A stretch of DNA of 42,714 nt from an uncultured Gammaproteobacteria bacterium (GTDB taxonomy: Bacteria > Patescibacteriota > Patescibacteriia > Veblenbacterales > UBA10138): contig CAYGFD010000001.1 in the NCBI GenBank assembly GCA_964349095.1, forward strand, positions 13,867 through 56,580, in the 5' to 3' direction. This document shows positions 8,547 to 16,442 of this stretch, in pieces (the first letter of the stretch is position 1; every line of letters begins with the position of its first letter). A program made the position numbers and the translations under genes. The notes under the pieces were generated by a model. The model worked only from the letters and a program-made list of their open reading frames with translations. It was not told the DNA's origin and did no database searches.

Positions 8547-10073
8547 ATGTGGAGAATTATTAAATTAAAAAAAGTTTGGATCCCTTTGTTGATCGTTTTG
8601 GTTGTAACGGGTTTAATAGTTAATCAGGTTAGAAAAAGTGGTCAGCCAAAATATACTACAGAAAAAGTAGTTAAACAGGATTTATCACAAACAGTGTCGG
8701 TGACTGGTACTGTTGAGGCAGCCGAGGAAGTTGAATTAAATTTCAAAATTGGTGGGCGTTTGGCTAGTATGCCTGTTAAAGTTGGCGATTCAGTAGGTCG
8801 CGGAGTTTTCTTGGCCTCGCTGGAGGCCAACGATGTGCGAGCCAGTTTGCTATCTGCTGAAGCACAGGTTAAACAGTATCAGGCTCAGCTAGACAAATTA
8901 AAAGCTGGTGCTCAAATTGAAGATGTGGCAGTCTACCAGACGGCCGTTGATACGGCTACTATCAACCTAGCTAATGTAATAAAAACTCAGGAGCAAGCGG
9001 TTAAAAATGCTTTATCGCAATTAGTGGGCTTAGCAGCAGATGCAGTGCCGGCGAGTGGAAATATATCTACGGCCACCATCTCAATTTCTGGGGCCTATAA
9101 TGGATCAGAAACAGGTATATACACAATTAAAATTGATAATAATTCGAGTTTGACTTACTCGGTGTATGGCATAGAAAATATCTCTGGTTCAAATGGTAGT
9201 CGTTTAACTCCGACACTACTTGGCACCAAGGGTTTAAATATGATTTTTAGTTCAACAGGCACCGTTTCTAATAACGATATCTGGACTGTTGCTATACCAA
9301 ACACCAATCACTCCAGTTATACCACCTATAAAGCGGCCTACGATGCGGCATTGGTTACACAAAAAAAGGAGGTTGCTGCGGCGGAGCAGGCATTAGCTAA
9401 GGCCAAGGCCGAATTAAACTTAAAATTAGCCCCAGCACGATCTTACGATATTACATCAGCCGAAGCGCAATTAGCTTCAGCCCGGGCTACGCTTCTTAAA
9501 GCGCAATCAGATTTACTTGATCGATCTATCATTGCTCCGGTGGCAGGCACGGTCACTAAAATAAATTATCAATTAGGCGAAACTACTTCAGTAGCTACAC
9601 CGGTGTTAGTTTTATTGTCCGAGGGTAATTATGAAATCAAGGTTAAAGTACCAGAAGCAGACGTAGCCAAGCTCGCTAAAGATCAATCAGTTGACATCAC
9701 GCTTGACGCTTTTGGTTCGAGTCAACATTTTGCGGGACATATTCATTTTATTGATCCGGCTTCAACTGAATTGACCGACGTCGTTTATTATGAAGTTACA
9801 ATTTTATTTGATAATTCTGATGAACGTATTAAACCCGGAATGACAGCAAATGTTGATGTTAATACAGGCAGTAAAAGTGATATTTTAGTCATACCGTTAA
9901 GAGCGGTAAAGTATGACTCAGACTTTAAACCTTTTGTAGAGGTTTTGGTAAACGGAGAACTTGTTACCAAGGAAATCACTTTAGGTTTAAAGGGTGATGA
10001 CGGATTGACCGAGGTTGTTAGTGGATTAAGTGAGGGGGAATTAGTTGTTACCTCTAAAGTTAACGGAAAATAA
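8547..10073 (+). CDS. HlyD/MacA-type periplasmic adaptor (membrane fusion protein) with a large insert in the coiled-coil hairpin
   Basis: N-terminal TM, barrel-sandwich motifs (GTVEAAEEVELNFKIGGRL, APVAGTVTKINYQLGE), coiled-coil arms, C-terminal beta-barrel. Confidence 0.85.
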   Translation: MWRIIKLKKVWIPLLIVLVVTGLIVNQVRKSGQPKYTTEKVVKQDLSQTVSVTGTVEAAEEVELNFKIGGRLASMPVKVGDSVGRGVFLASLEANDVRASLLSAEAQVKQYQAQLDKLKAGAQIEDVAVYQTAVDTATINLANVIKTQEQAVKNALSQLVGLAADAVPASGNISTATISISGAYNGSETGIYTIKIDNNSSLTYSVYGIENISGSNGSRLTPTLLGTKGLNMIFSSTGTVSNNDIWTVAIPNTNHSSYTTYKAAYDAALVTQKKEVAAAEQALAKAKAELNLKLAPARSYDITSAEAQLASARATLLKAQSDLLDRSIIAPVAGTVTKINYQLGETTSVATPVLVLLSEGNYEIKVKVPEADVAKLAKDQSVDITLDAFGSSQHFAGHIHFIDPASTELTDVVYYEVTILFDNSDERIKPGMTANVDVNTGSKSDILVIPLRAVKYDSDFKPFVEVLVNGELVTKEITLGLKGDDGLTEVVSGLSEGELVVTSKVNGK

Positions 10074-10074
10074 T

Positions 10075-10803
10075 GTGTCAGATTTAATTAAAGTTGATAA
10101 TCTTTGTAAACAATACGAAAACGAAGAAGTAATTACTCCGGTACTTAAGGATATTTCTTTCACTATTGCCAGTGGCGAGTTTGTTTCTATTATGGGTCCA
10201 TCTGGTTCGGGTAAATCTACTCTCATGCACATCTTGGGGTTTTTGGACAAATTGTCTTCGGGGAAATATATTTTTGACGGTCAGGATGTAATTGGGTTAA
10301 ACGACGATCAATTGGCTGAACTAAGGCTCATGAAAGTCGGTTTTATTTTTCAACAATTCAATTTACTTCCAAAAACAACTGTTTTAGATAATGTTAAGTT
10401 ACCATTGCTTTATGCTGAAATGCCTGAGGAAGAGCGAGTGAAACGCGCCCGAGAAGCGATTGTGGCGGTTGGGCTAGAACACCGCATGGAATTTTTATCA
10501 AACCAGTTATCTGGCGGTGAAAAACAAAGGGTGGCAATCGCTAGATCTCTAGTTAATAATCCATCATTAATTTTTGCTGACGAACCGACCGGGAACCTGG
10601 ATTCAAAGTCCGGCGCACAGATAATGAAGATTTTATACGACCTAAATGAGCAAAAAAAACACACTATTATTTTAGTAACACATGAAATGTATACGGCCAA
10701 TCACGCACGGAGGATACTGCGTTTGAAAGATGGAAAGTTGATTTCCGATGATCGTGTAACAGAAAAGGATAGACAAGAGGCTCTCAGTGGAGAATTAAAG
10801 TAG
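10075..10803 (+). CDS. ABC transporter ATP-binding protein (MacB/LolD-like)
   Basis: Walker A GPSGSGKST, Q-loop, signature LSGGEKQRVAIAR, Walker B LIFADEPTGNLD, H-loop VTHE. GTV at 10075, just after the adaptor stop, is preferred to the TTG at 10045. Confidence 0.9.
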   Translation: MSDLIKVDNLCKQYENEEVITPVLKDISFTIASGEFVSIMGPSGSGKSTLMHILGFLDKLSSGKYIFDGQDVIGLNDDQLAELRLMKVGFIFQQFNLLPKTTVLDNVKLPLLYAEMPEEERVKRAREAIVAVGLEHRMEFLSNQLSGGEKQRVAIARSLVNNPSLIFADEPTGNLDSKSGAQIMKILYDLNEQKKHTIILVTHEMYTANHARRILRLKDGKLISDDRVTEKDRQEALSGELK

Positions 10804-10814
10804 GTTTTTCCCAT

Positions 10815-12059
10815 ATGGAAATAAGGGGAATATTAAAATTAGTAACCACAAACTTGCGGGCCAATCGGCTGCGTTCTTTTCTTACCATGCTGGGGCTTAT
10901 TATTGGTATTGGCTCTGTCATTTTAATCATTTCAATTGGCGCTGGCGCTCAGTCGCTAATATTGCAACAAGTGAATAGCTTGGGAAGTGATTTAGTTGGT
11001 GTGTTGCCTGGGGCTTCTGATGAAAACGGTCCACCAGCAGCCGTGTTTGGTATTCAAGTGAAGACATTAGTTAACGACGATGTTAAGGCGCTGCTTAATG
11101 ATAGTAGAACTCATCATATTGTGGCCGCGTCGGGGTATGTAAGAGGAAGTGATAAGATGTCTTATCAAAACCGGGACATTGATAATGGAGCATACATGGG
11201 TGTGGAAGCTTCTTATCCAGAAATAGAAAATGTTGAGTTAGAGCGCGGACGGTTTTTTTCACCTGAAGAGGACGCGGGTCTTGCTCGCGTCGCTGTTATT
11301 GGTAGTGAAACTTCTCAGGAATTATTTCAAGGCGATGATCCTTTGGGTCAGAATATTAAAATTGGACGCGAGACCTTTAGAGTAATCGGAGAGTTAAAAG
11401 AGCGTGGTACGGTTGCTTTTACTAACCAGGACAAGATGGTATTCATACCGTTAAACACCGCGCAAAAAATAATGTTAGGATGGCGGCACTTGTCATTAAT
11501 TAGAGCTAAGGTTGATGATTCTACAACTATTGATGAAACACTGGTTTCGATTAAACAAGTACTGCGCGAACAGCACAATATTGACTCTGAGCAAGAAGAC
11601 GATTTTTCTGTTCGGGCGGCGGTACAAGCTCTGGATTTATTAACAAGTATAACTAATGCCTTTAAATTTTTCTTAGCGTCAATTGCGGCATTATCATTAT
11701 TGGTTGGCGGAATTGGTATTATGAATATAATGCTGGTAGCGGTTACTGAAAGATTTAGGGAAATAGGATTAAGAAAAGCGGTTGGAGCTAAACGTCGAGA
11801 TATTTTGAATCAGTTTTTAATAGAAACATTAATTATTACAGGCGTCGCCTCAATAATCGGAATAATGGGCGGAGCTATCATCTCTGGTCTGATCGCTATT
11901 ATCGCTAACAGCCTTGGTTATGCGTGGTCATTTATTGTTTCGGCCTCGTCTATAATAGTTGCCGTTGGTGTTGGTGGAATGATCGGCTTGATTTTTGGTT
12001 ATTATCCGGCAAAAAGAGCGGCCGAACTTGATCCGGTCGTAACATTGAGATACGAGTAA
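10815..12059 (+). CDS. ABC transporter permease, MacB/FtsX family (copy 1)
   Basis: MacB_PCD-type extracytoplasmic domain between TM1 and TM2. C-terminal FtsX domain (GIGIMNIMLVAVTERFREIGLRKAVGA). Confidence 0.9.
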   Translation: MEIRGILKLVTTNLRANRLRSFLTMLGLIIGIGSVILIISIGAGAQSLILQQVNSLGSDLVGVLPGASDENGPPAAVFGIQVKTLVNDDVKALLNDSRTHHIVAASGYVRGSDKMSYQNRDIDNGAYMGVEASYPEIENVELERGRFFSPEEDAGLARVAVIGSETSQELFQGDDPLGQNIKIGRETFRVIGELKERGTVAFTNQDKMVFIPLNTAQKIMLGWRHLSLIRAKVDDSTTIDETLVSIKQVLREQHNIDSEQEDDFSVRAAVQALDLLTSITNAFKFFLASIAALSLLVGGIGIMNIMLVAVTERFREIGLRKAVGAKRRDILNQFLIETLIITGVASIIGIMGGAIISGLIAIIANSLGYAWSFIVSASSIIVAVGVGGMIGLIFGYYPAKRAAELDPVVTLRYE

Positions 12060-12060
12060 T

Positions 12061-13311
12061 ATGAATTTAAGAAATTACGCCACTTTAGCATATGATAATT
12101 TTAAAAGGCATCGCGCACGATCACTGCTTACAGGTCTTGGTATTGTAATTGGGATTGCCGCCGTAATCATAGTTATTTCGGCAGGTCAGGGCGTAAAAGG
12201 CTTTTTAGTTGCTCAGCTAGAATCTTTTGGCTCTAATTTATTGCAAATTGAAACCAAGATTCCATCAATGGGTAGTCAGTCTGATGAAGCGCAGGCGCGA
12301 GGTTTTGGGCAGGTAGTTACCACTCTGACGCTTGATGATATGATGGCCATAAGAAAACATCCAAATATTGTAAACAACTATGCCGGGCAGGTTGGTCAGG
12401 AAGTGGTTCAGGGGCCGGGTACAAAAAAAACCGTCAGCTTATTTGGTTCCACCGCGACTGTGCAGGACATAGATACTGCCAGGGTAGAGAAGGGGAGATT
12501 TTTCACTGATGAAGAGGATCAATCATTAGCGCGCGTAGCTGTATTGGGTAGTAAGGTTGCCAACGATTTATTTGGCAACACTGAACCAGTAGGGCAATTC
12601 GTGAAAATAGATCAAAAAAGTTTTAAAGTAATTGGCGTCATGGCGCCTCGTGGAGCGGCGTTATTTTTTGATTATGACGTTTATGTTTATCTACCAATCC
12701 GCACGATGCAAAAACAATTACTCGGAATAGATTATGTAAGTTTTATTTCCAACCAGTATCGCGATAATACTAAACTAAAATCAACGATTGATGATCTAAC
12801 CTATTTATTACGCGAACGGCACAATATACCTTTAGATGAACCGGATAAAGATGACTTTGTTATTAGTTCTAATGAAGACGTCATGGCTATTTTTGATACC
12901 ATCATTGGTGGCTTTACATTACTGCTAGTGGCGCTGGCGGCTATTTCCTTAATTGTCGGTGGCGTCGGTATTATGAATATTATGTACGTTTCTGTTTTGG
13001 AAAGAACTTTTGAGATTGGTTTAAGAAAAGCAGTCGGCGCAAAAAGGCGGGAAATTTTGAGACAATTTTTGGCTGAGGCTATTTTTACAACTGGGCTGGG
13101 TGGTATCACAGGAATTATTGTGGGCGCGGCTATTGCTTATTTAATATCTTTAGCTGCCGGTTTTCTAGGTTTTGCGTGGACATTTTCAGTGCCCATCTAT
13201 TCGGTGGTTTTAGCAGTAGGTTTTTCAGTGGGTACGGGATTAGTATTTGGTATTTACCCAGCACGTCAGGCCGCTGATTTAAACCCCATCGACGCTTTAA
13301 GACGAGAATAG
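12061..13311 (+). CDS. ABC transporter permease, MacB/FtsX family (copy 2)
   Basis: Paralogue of the preceding gene (GVGIMNIMYVSVLERTFEIGLRKAVGA). The start abuts the previous stop. Confidence 0.9.
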   Translation: MNLRNYATLAYDNFKRHRARSLLTGLGIVIGIAAVIIVISAGQGVKGFLVAQLESFGSNLLQIETKIPSMGSQSDEAQARGFGQVVTTLTLDDMMAIRKHPNIVNNYAGQVGQEVVQGPGTKKTVSLFGSTATVQDIDTARVEKGRFFTDEEDQSLARVAVLGSKVANDLFGNTEPVGQFVKIDQKSFKVIGVMAPRGAALFFDYDVYVYLPIRTMQKQLLGIDYVSFISNQYRDNTKLKSTIDDLTYLLRERHNIPLDEPDKDDFVISSNEDVMAIFDTIIGGFTLLLVALAAISLIVGGVGIMNIMYVSVLERTFEIGLRKAVGAKRREILRQFLAEAIFTTGLGGITGIIVGAAIAYLISLAAGFLGFAWTFSVPIYSVVLAVGFSVGTGLVFGIYPARQAADLNPIDALRRE

Positions 13312-13345
13312 ATAGATGTCTGAGTGCCGAGAGGGGTTTTTTGTA

Positions 13346-13374
13346 TTGACAAAGAGGATAAAAAAAGGTATATT
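13346..13374 (+). promoter_or_regulatory. Putative promoter of a GC-rich cassette (TTGACA-17-TATATT)
   Basis: TTGACA 13346-13351, 17-nt spacer, TATATT 13369-13374. Follows a T-run. Confidence 0.5.
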
Positions 13375-13433
13375 GATTTGAAAATACAACACAAATAACG
13401 CTCATCATATCAATAATTATAGGAGACATCACA

Positions 13434-13868
13434 TTGATTGACATAAAAATTCGGTCGTTCATTGACGCAATTTGCGGCCCGCATTACTGGCCATCTTACT
13501 TCGAGCACGTGCGTGTCCCGCAGGAGCGCTGGAATGATCTCGCCAAGTCAATTCATGGCGACATTACGGCTGAGGATATCTCTCCGGAAGTGCAGACGGC
13601 TCTGTTCAGCTACCTCTGCGAGGATCACGCCCCAGTTCAGGGGTCAAGGCCGGAATTCAAGTTCGCCGAGGAAAAGGCCCGCCAGTTTGGCATGAAGCAG
13701 CTCCAGGTAGCTGAATTCTGCCAGGTGGTGGACAGGATGCGTGTACGATACACGCACATTCTTCAGGGATTCCGCTCGGAAACACCCGCACCGAATTCGG
13801 CTGAAGCAGCTAAGTGCGTTTCCTCCTACATGGCCTCTCAGGGCATCATCATCGATCTGGCAGCCTAA
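13434..13868 (+). CDS. Hypothetical protein (144 aa) in a compositionally foreign, GC-rich ORF
   Basis: AGGAG SD at 13421-13425, TTG start. The ORF fills the space exactly between promoter and terminator. I recognise no family. Confidence 0.6.
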   Translation: MIDIKIRSFIDAICGPHYWPSYFEHVRVPQERWNDLAKSIHGDITAEDISPEVQTALFSYLCEDHAPVQGSRPEFKFAEEKARQFGMKQLQVAEFCQVVDRMRVRYTHILQGFRSETPAPNSAEAAKCVSSYMASQGIIIDLAA

Positions 13869-13891
13869 TATCAGGCCGCCAAGCTCCTTTA

Positions 13892-13925
13892 AGACGGGAA
13901 GCTAGTAAAGCAACCCGTCTTTTTT
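13892..13925 (+). terminator. Intrinsic terminator
   Basis: AGACGGG ... CCCGTCT stem followed by TTTTT. Confidence 0.7.
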
Positions 13926-13936
13926 ATTTAAAGCTC

Positions 13937-13965
13937 TTGACAGGCTTTTCAGTGTATTTTAAACT
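13937..13965 (+). promoter_or_regulatory. hrcA operon promoter (TTGACA-17-TAAACT)
   Basis: TTGACA 13937-13942, 17-nt spacer, TAAACT 13960-13965, with CIRCE 4 nt downstream. Confidence 0.65.
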
Positions 13966-13969
13966 GAAA

Positions 13970-13996
13970 TTAGCACTCTAACAATGAGAGTGCTAA
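13970..13996 (+). promoter_or_regulatory. CIRCE operator (HrcA binding site)
   Basis: TTAGCACTC-taacaatga-GAGTGCTAA is a perfect match to the CIRCE consensus TTAGCACTC-N9-GAGTGCTAA. Confidence 0.92.
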
Positions 13997-14007
13997 TAGG
14001 TAAAATT

Positions 14008-14691
14008 ATGATGGAAAATAGGAAAAAAGAACTAATTGCCGAGGTAGTTCGGGGTTATATAAGGCAGGCAGAACCGATTGGTTCCAAGCAACTTGAAAAA
14101 AAACTTGGCGTTTCCTCAGCCACTATTAGAAATGAAATGCTCGATTTAGAGCAAGAGGGTTTTTTAAATCAACCACACACTTCAGCCGGACGCGTACCAA
14201 CCGTTAAAGCCTATGAGTACTATGTTAGTAATTTTTTATCACCTAAATATCCTAGCGAGTTGGTGGTGAAGGAATTGAAACGTTTACAAAAATTTAACCC
14301 GCGGGACGATATTTTTTGGAAAGAGACGGCAAAGAAATTGGCAGATTTTTCTGGACAGGCAGTAATTGTCGGATTTAATAAGAATGATTTGTATTATACC
14401 GGCCTAGCCAATTTGTTTTCGCAGCCTGAATTTAGCCACCTTGATATGGTGCAGTCAATGAGCCAGGTGATTGATAAGTTAGATGAGGTCATGGAGGGGC
14501 TATATAAGGATTTGTCACAAGAGGTACAAATTAAAATTGGTGCTAATAATCCATTCGGAAATAGTTGCGCAACAGTTATCACAAGTTTTGCGATGCCGGA
14601 TAAAAGGGTGGTGGGATTTTTAGGGCCATGGCGTATGGATTATGAAATTAATGTAGGTTTATTAAATTATGTCAGACAAATTATCAAATAA
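14008..14691 (+). CDS. hrcA: Heat-inducible transcription repressor HrcA (short form)
   Basis: N-terminal winged helix (PIGSKQLEKKLGVSSATIRNEMLDLEQEGFLNQPHTSAGRVPT) and C-terminal GPWRMDYE motif. ATG 14008 is preferred because the track start 13984 lies inside CIRCE. Confidence 0.9.
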   Translation: MMENRKKELIAEVVRGYIRQAEPIGSKQLEKKLGVSSATIRNEMLDLEQEGFLNQPHTSAGRVPTVKAYEYYVSNFLSPKYPSELVVKELKRLQKFNPRDDIFWKETAKKLADFSGQAVIVGFNKNDLYYTGLANLFSQPEFSHLDMVQSMSQVIDKLDEVMEGLYKDLSQEVQIKIGANNPFGNSCATVITSFAMPDKRVVGFLGPWRMDYEINVGLLNYVRQIIK

Positions 14692-15142
14692 TGATGAAAA
14701 TATAATTGATTTTGAGAAACAAGCGGCCGAATATTTGGCTGGCTGGCAAAGGGCCAGGGCTGATTATCAAAATTTAAAAAAAGAAACTGATTCCAGAATG
14801 GGTGAGTATATTGCAGGCGCTAATCAGGCCTTATTAATGGAATTATTACCGCTAGTTGATTATTTTAAAAACGCTTTTAAACACCTTCCGGAAGATTTAA
14901 AAAGTAGTGATTGGGTAGTTGGTATTAGACATATTCAATCGAAATTGGAACAAGTTCTTGCATATAGTGGTGTTAAAGAGATGGAAGTGGTCGGCGAGTT
15001 ATTTAATCCCGAATTACACGAATCAGCGGGCGAAGTGGAGGTGGCAGGGGCTGAGCACGGCACAATAATTGAAGAGGTTAGAACTGGGTTTAAGTTGCAT
15101 GATAAAGTATTGCAGCCGGCTAGGGTAAAAATCGCAAAATAA
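14669..15142 (+). CDS. grpE: Nucleotide exchange factor GrpE (short form)
   Basis: WQRARADYQNLKKE coiled-coil motif, C-terminal beta-domain (FNPELHESAG ... LQPARVKI). Overlaps the hrcA end by 23 nt. Confidence 0.9.
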   Translation: MSDKLSNNDENIIDFEKQAAEYLAGWQRARADYQNLKKETDSRMGEYIAGANQALLMELLPLVDYFKNAFKHLPEDLKSSDWVVGIRHIQSKLEQVLAYSGVKEMEVVGELFNPELHESAGEVEVAGAEHGTIIEEVRTGFKLHDKVLQPARVKIAK

Positions 15143-15165
15143 TTAACAAGTTTAGTATTTCAAGT

Positions 15166-15285
15166 ATGGAATACATTTGCCCAGAGTGTGGATATACCGA
15201 TGAATACCGCGGTCGTTGCCCGCAATGCAATGTGCCGTTGGTGCCGATCGATGAGCCACGCAATGGAAACGGAGAAGAGGAGTAA
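15166..15285 (+). CDS. Candidate 39-aa zinc-ribbon mini-protein (not in the ORF track because <60 aa)
   Basis: MEYICPECGYTDEYRGRCPQCNVPLVPIDEPRNGNGEEE has two CxxC pairs. G+C looks clearly above the flanks by eye. No obvious SD. Confidence 0.4.
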   Translation: MEYICPECGYTDEYRGRCPQCNVPLVPIDEPRNGNGEEE

Positions 15286-15293
15286 TCCTCTCT

Positions 15294-15339
15294 CTGGATC
15301 TGCCACTTTTAAGGTGTTAGATCCAGGGTAAAACCCTTT
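15294..15339 (+). terminator. Terminator-like double hairpin after the mini-ORF
   Basis: CTGGATCT (15294-15301) pairs with AGATCCAG (15319-15326). A GGGTaaaACCC hairpin plus TTT follows. Confidence 0.4.
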
Positions 15340-15363
15340 ATTAATAATTAAGCAAAAAATTAT

Positions 15364-15777
15364 ATGTCACTAATAAAATGGACACCATTACTGCCACAGA
15401 TTGACGATTTTGATCGATTCTTTGATGATATGCGACCAATGGGCGGGTTTGTCCCAGCCATTGATGTGTATCAAACCAAGGATGATGTTGTGGTTGAAGC
15501 GCCGCTTGCCGGTATTGATCCTAATCAGGTCAATGTATCAATTGAAAACGATGTTTTGACTTTGGAAGGTAAAAGCGAGCACAAATCGGAAGTAGATGAA
15601 AAAAATTATTATCGAAAGGAAGTTAGATTTGGATCATTTCATCGTTCGGTTGCGTTACCAGCGGCAGTAAAAGGTGATGCCGCTAAAGCAACCTATGAAA
15701 AGGGAGTTCTAAAAATAGTCATACCTAAAGAAGAGCGCGCAAAGCCTCGGACAGTTAAAGTCGAGGTAAGGGATTAA
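15364..15777 (+). CDS. Hsp20/alpha-crystallin family small heat-shock protein
   Basis: Alpha-crystallin domain (PAIDVYQTKDDVVVEAPLAGIDPNQVNVSIENDVLTLEG ... FHRSVALP ... YEKGVLKIVIPK). Confidence 0.92.
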   Translation: MSLIKWTPLLPQIDDFDRFFDDMRPMGGFVPAIDVYQTKDDVVVEAPLAGIDPNQVNVSIENDVLTLEGKSEHKSEVDEKNYYRKEVRFGSFHRSVALPAAVKGDAAKATYEKGVLKIVIPKEERAKPRTVKVEVRD

Positions 15778-15782
15778 TAAAA

Positions 15783-15809
15783 AAGACCCGATTTGTAAGA
15801 TCGGGTCTT
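15783..15809. terminator. 10-bp hairpin between convergent genes. The U-tract is on the minus strand, so it mainly terminates the minus-strand gene.
   Basis: AAGACCCGAT / ATCGGGTCTT stem, 7-nt loop, A-run on the plus-strand 5' side. Confidence 0.6.
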
Positions 15810-15848
15810 GGGGTGAGTCTCCCTTTGGGAGATTCACTTCAAGATGCG

Positions 15849-16337
15849 TTATTTGAAAAGGAGAAAACGATCGCGGATCCAGATTACGGCATTGCTGGCA
15901 ATCATGAGCGTCATCAGTCCAATGCACGTAAGGCAAAAAATAATAGTCCAGTTGAGTAAAACATGTTCGGTGGAAATGTATAGTTTGTAAATGCCGGTCG
16001 CGCAAAAATAAGTCATAATAAGCCAGATGGCTAGAAGAGACAACGAGACCGTGTATCTTTCCGACTTAATCTCATCAGGATGTTGTCGTCTTAGTATTAA
16101 ACCCAAGGCGTTCCGATGTTTTATCGTGTTGTCAATAAAGATGACGCTAAGTAGCACGCAGCAAACAAATGCGAATCCCAGAACCCATTTTCCAAATTGG
16201 ATTACTCCGTCGAAATAGATTGCCAAGTATAGAAAAAATCCGAGCAGGCAGGCGCCAAATAAGAAAGCAATCGCGTTGTTGAAGTAGCCAATAATTTCTT
16301 GGCGGTAGTCAGATATATGATCAAATCGATAGGCCAT
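15849..16337 (-). CDS. Hypothetical integral membrane protein (about 4 TM)
   Basis: Hydrophobic profile. GGGAGA SD 4 nt upstream of ATG 16337 (preferred over the TTG at 16373). A TTGACA box on the minus strand lies at 16419-16414. Confidence 0.55.
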   Translation of the reverse strand: MAYRFDHISDYRQEIIGYFNNAIAFLFGACLLGFFLYLAIYFDGVIQFGKWVLGFAFVCCVLLSVIFIDNTIKHRNALGLILRRQHPDEIKSERYTVSLSLLAIWLIMTYFCATGIYKLYISTEHVLLNWTIIFCLTCIGLMTLMIASNAVIWIRDRFLLFK

Positions 16338-16442
16338 TTTTCTCCCAATCAGTTGATGTTTAAAAGGAAACAATGTTTGTTAATTAGGTAAACTTATAAA
16401 AAATTTAATTATTTGTCAATTAATTATTATTTATAAAAAATT

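Noticed and set aside
13130-13462. 110-aa minus-strand ORF spanning the end of the permease gene and the cassette promoter
   Set aside because: It is antisense to a confidently identified FtsX permease and to a promoter and leader region. The composition is low-complexity and no start signals are present.
13462-13695. 77-aa ORF in an alternative frame inside the GC-rich 144-aa ORF
   Set aside because: GC-rich DNA has few stop codons in any frame. This ORF has no SD and does not span promoter to terminator. The 13434-13868 frame does.
13984-14007. Track start codon of hrcA at 13984
   Set aside because: It lies inside the CIRCE inverted repeat, only about 12 nt from the predicted TSS. ATG 14008 gives a normal HrcA N-terminus. 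Similar start revisions were made at 7454 to 7478, 16373 to 16337, 22529 to 22571, 10045 to 10075 and 4966 to 4969.
15709-16218. ORFs 15709-16005 (-) and 16027-16218 (+)
   Set aside because: The first crosses the hsp20 3' end and the hairpin terminator in a frame other than the membrane gene's. The second is antisense to the membrane protein gene. Neither has start signals.
16413-16419. Overlapping divergent -35 boxes (TTGTCA on plus, TTGACA on minus) as a shared dnaK/membrane-gene control point
   Set aside because: The minus-strand box has a good 17-nt spacer to TAAGTT. On the plus strand I could not place a convincing -10 at 16-18 nt, and in this very AT-rich spacer many hexamers look promoter-like.
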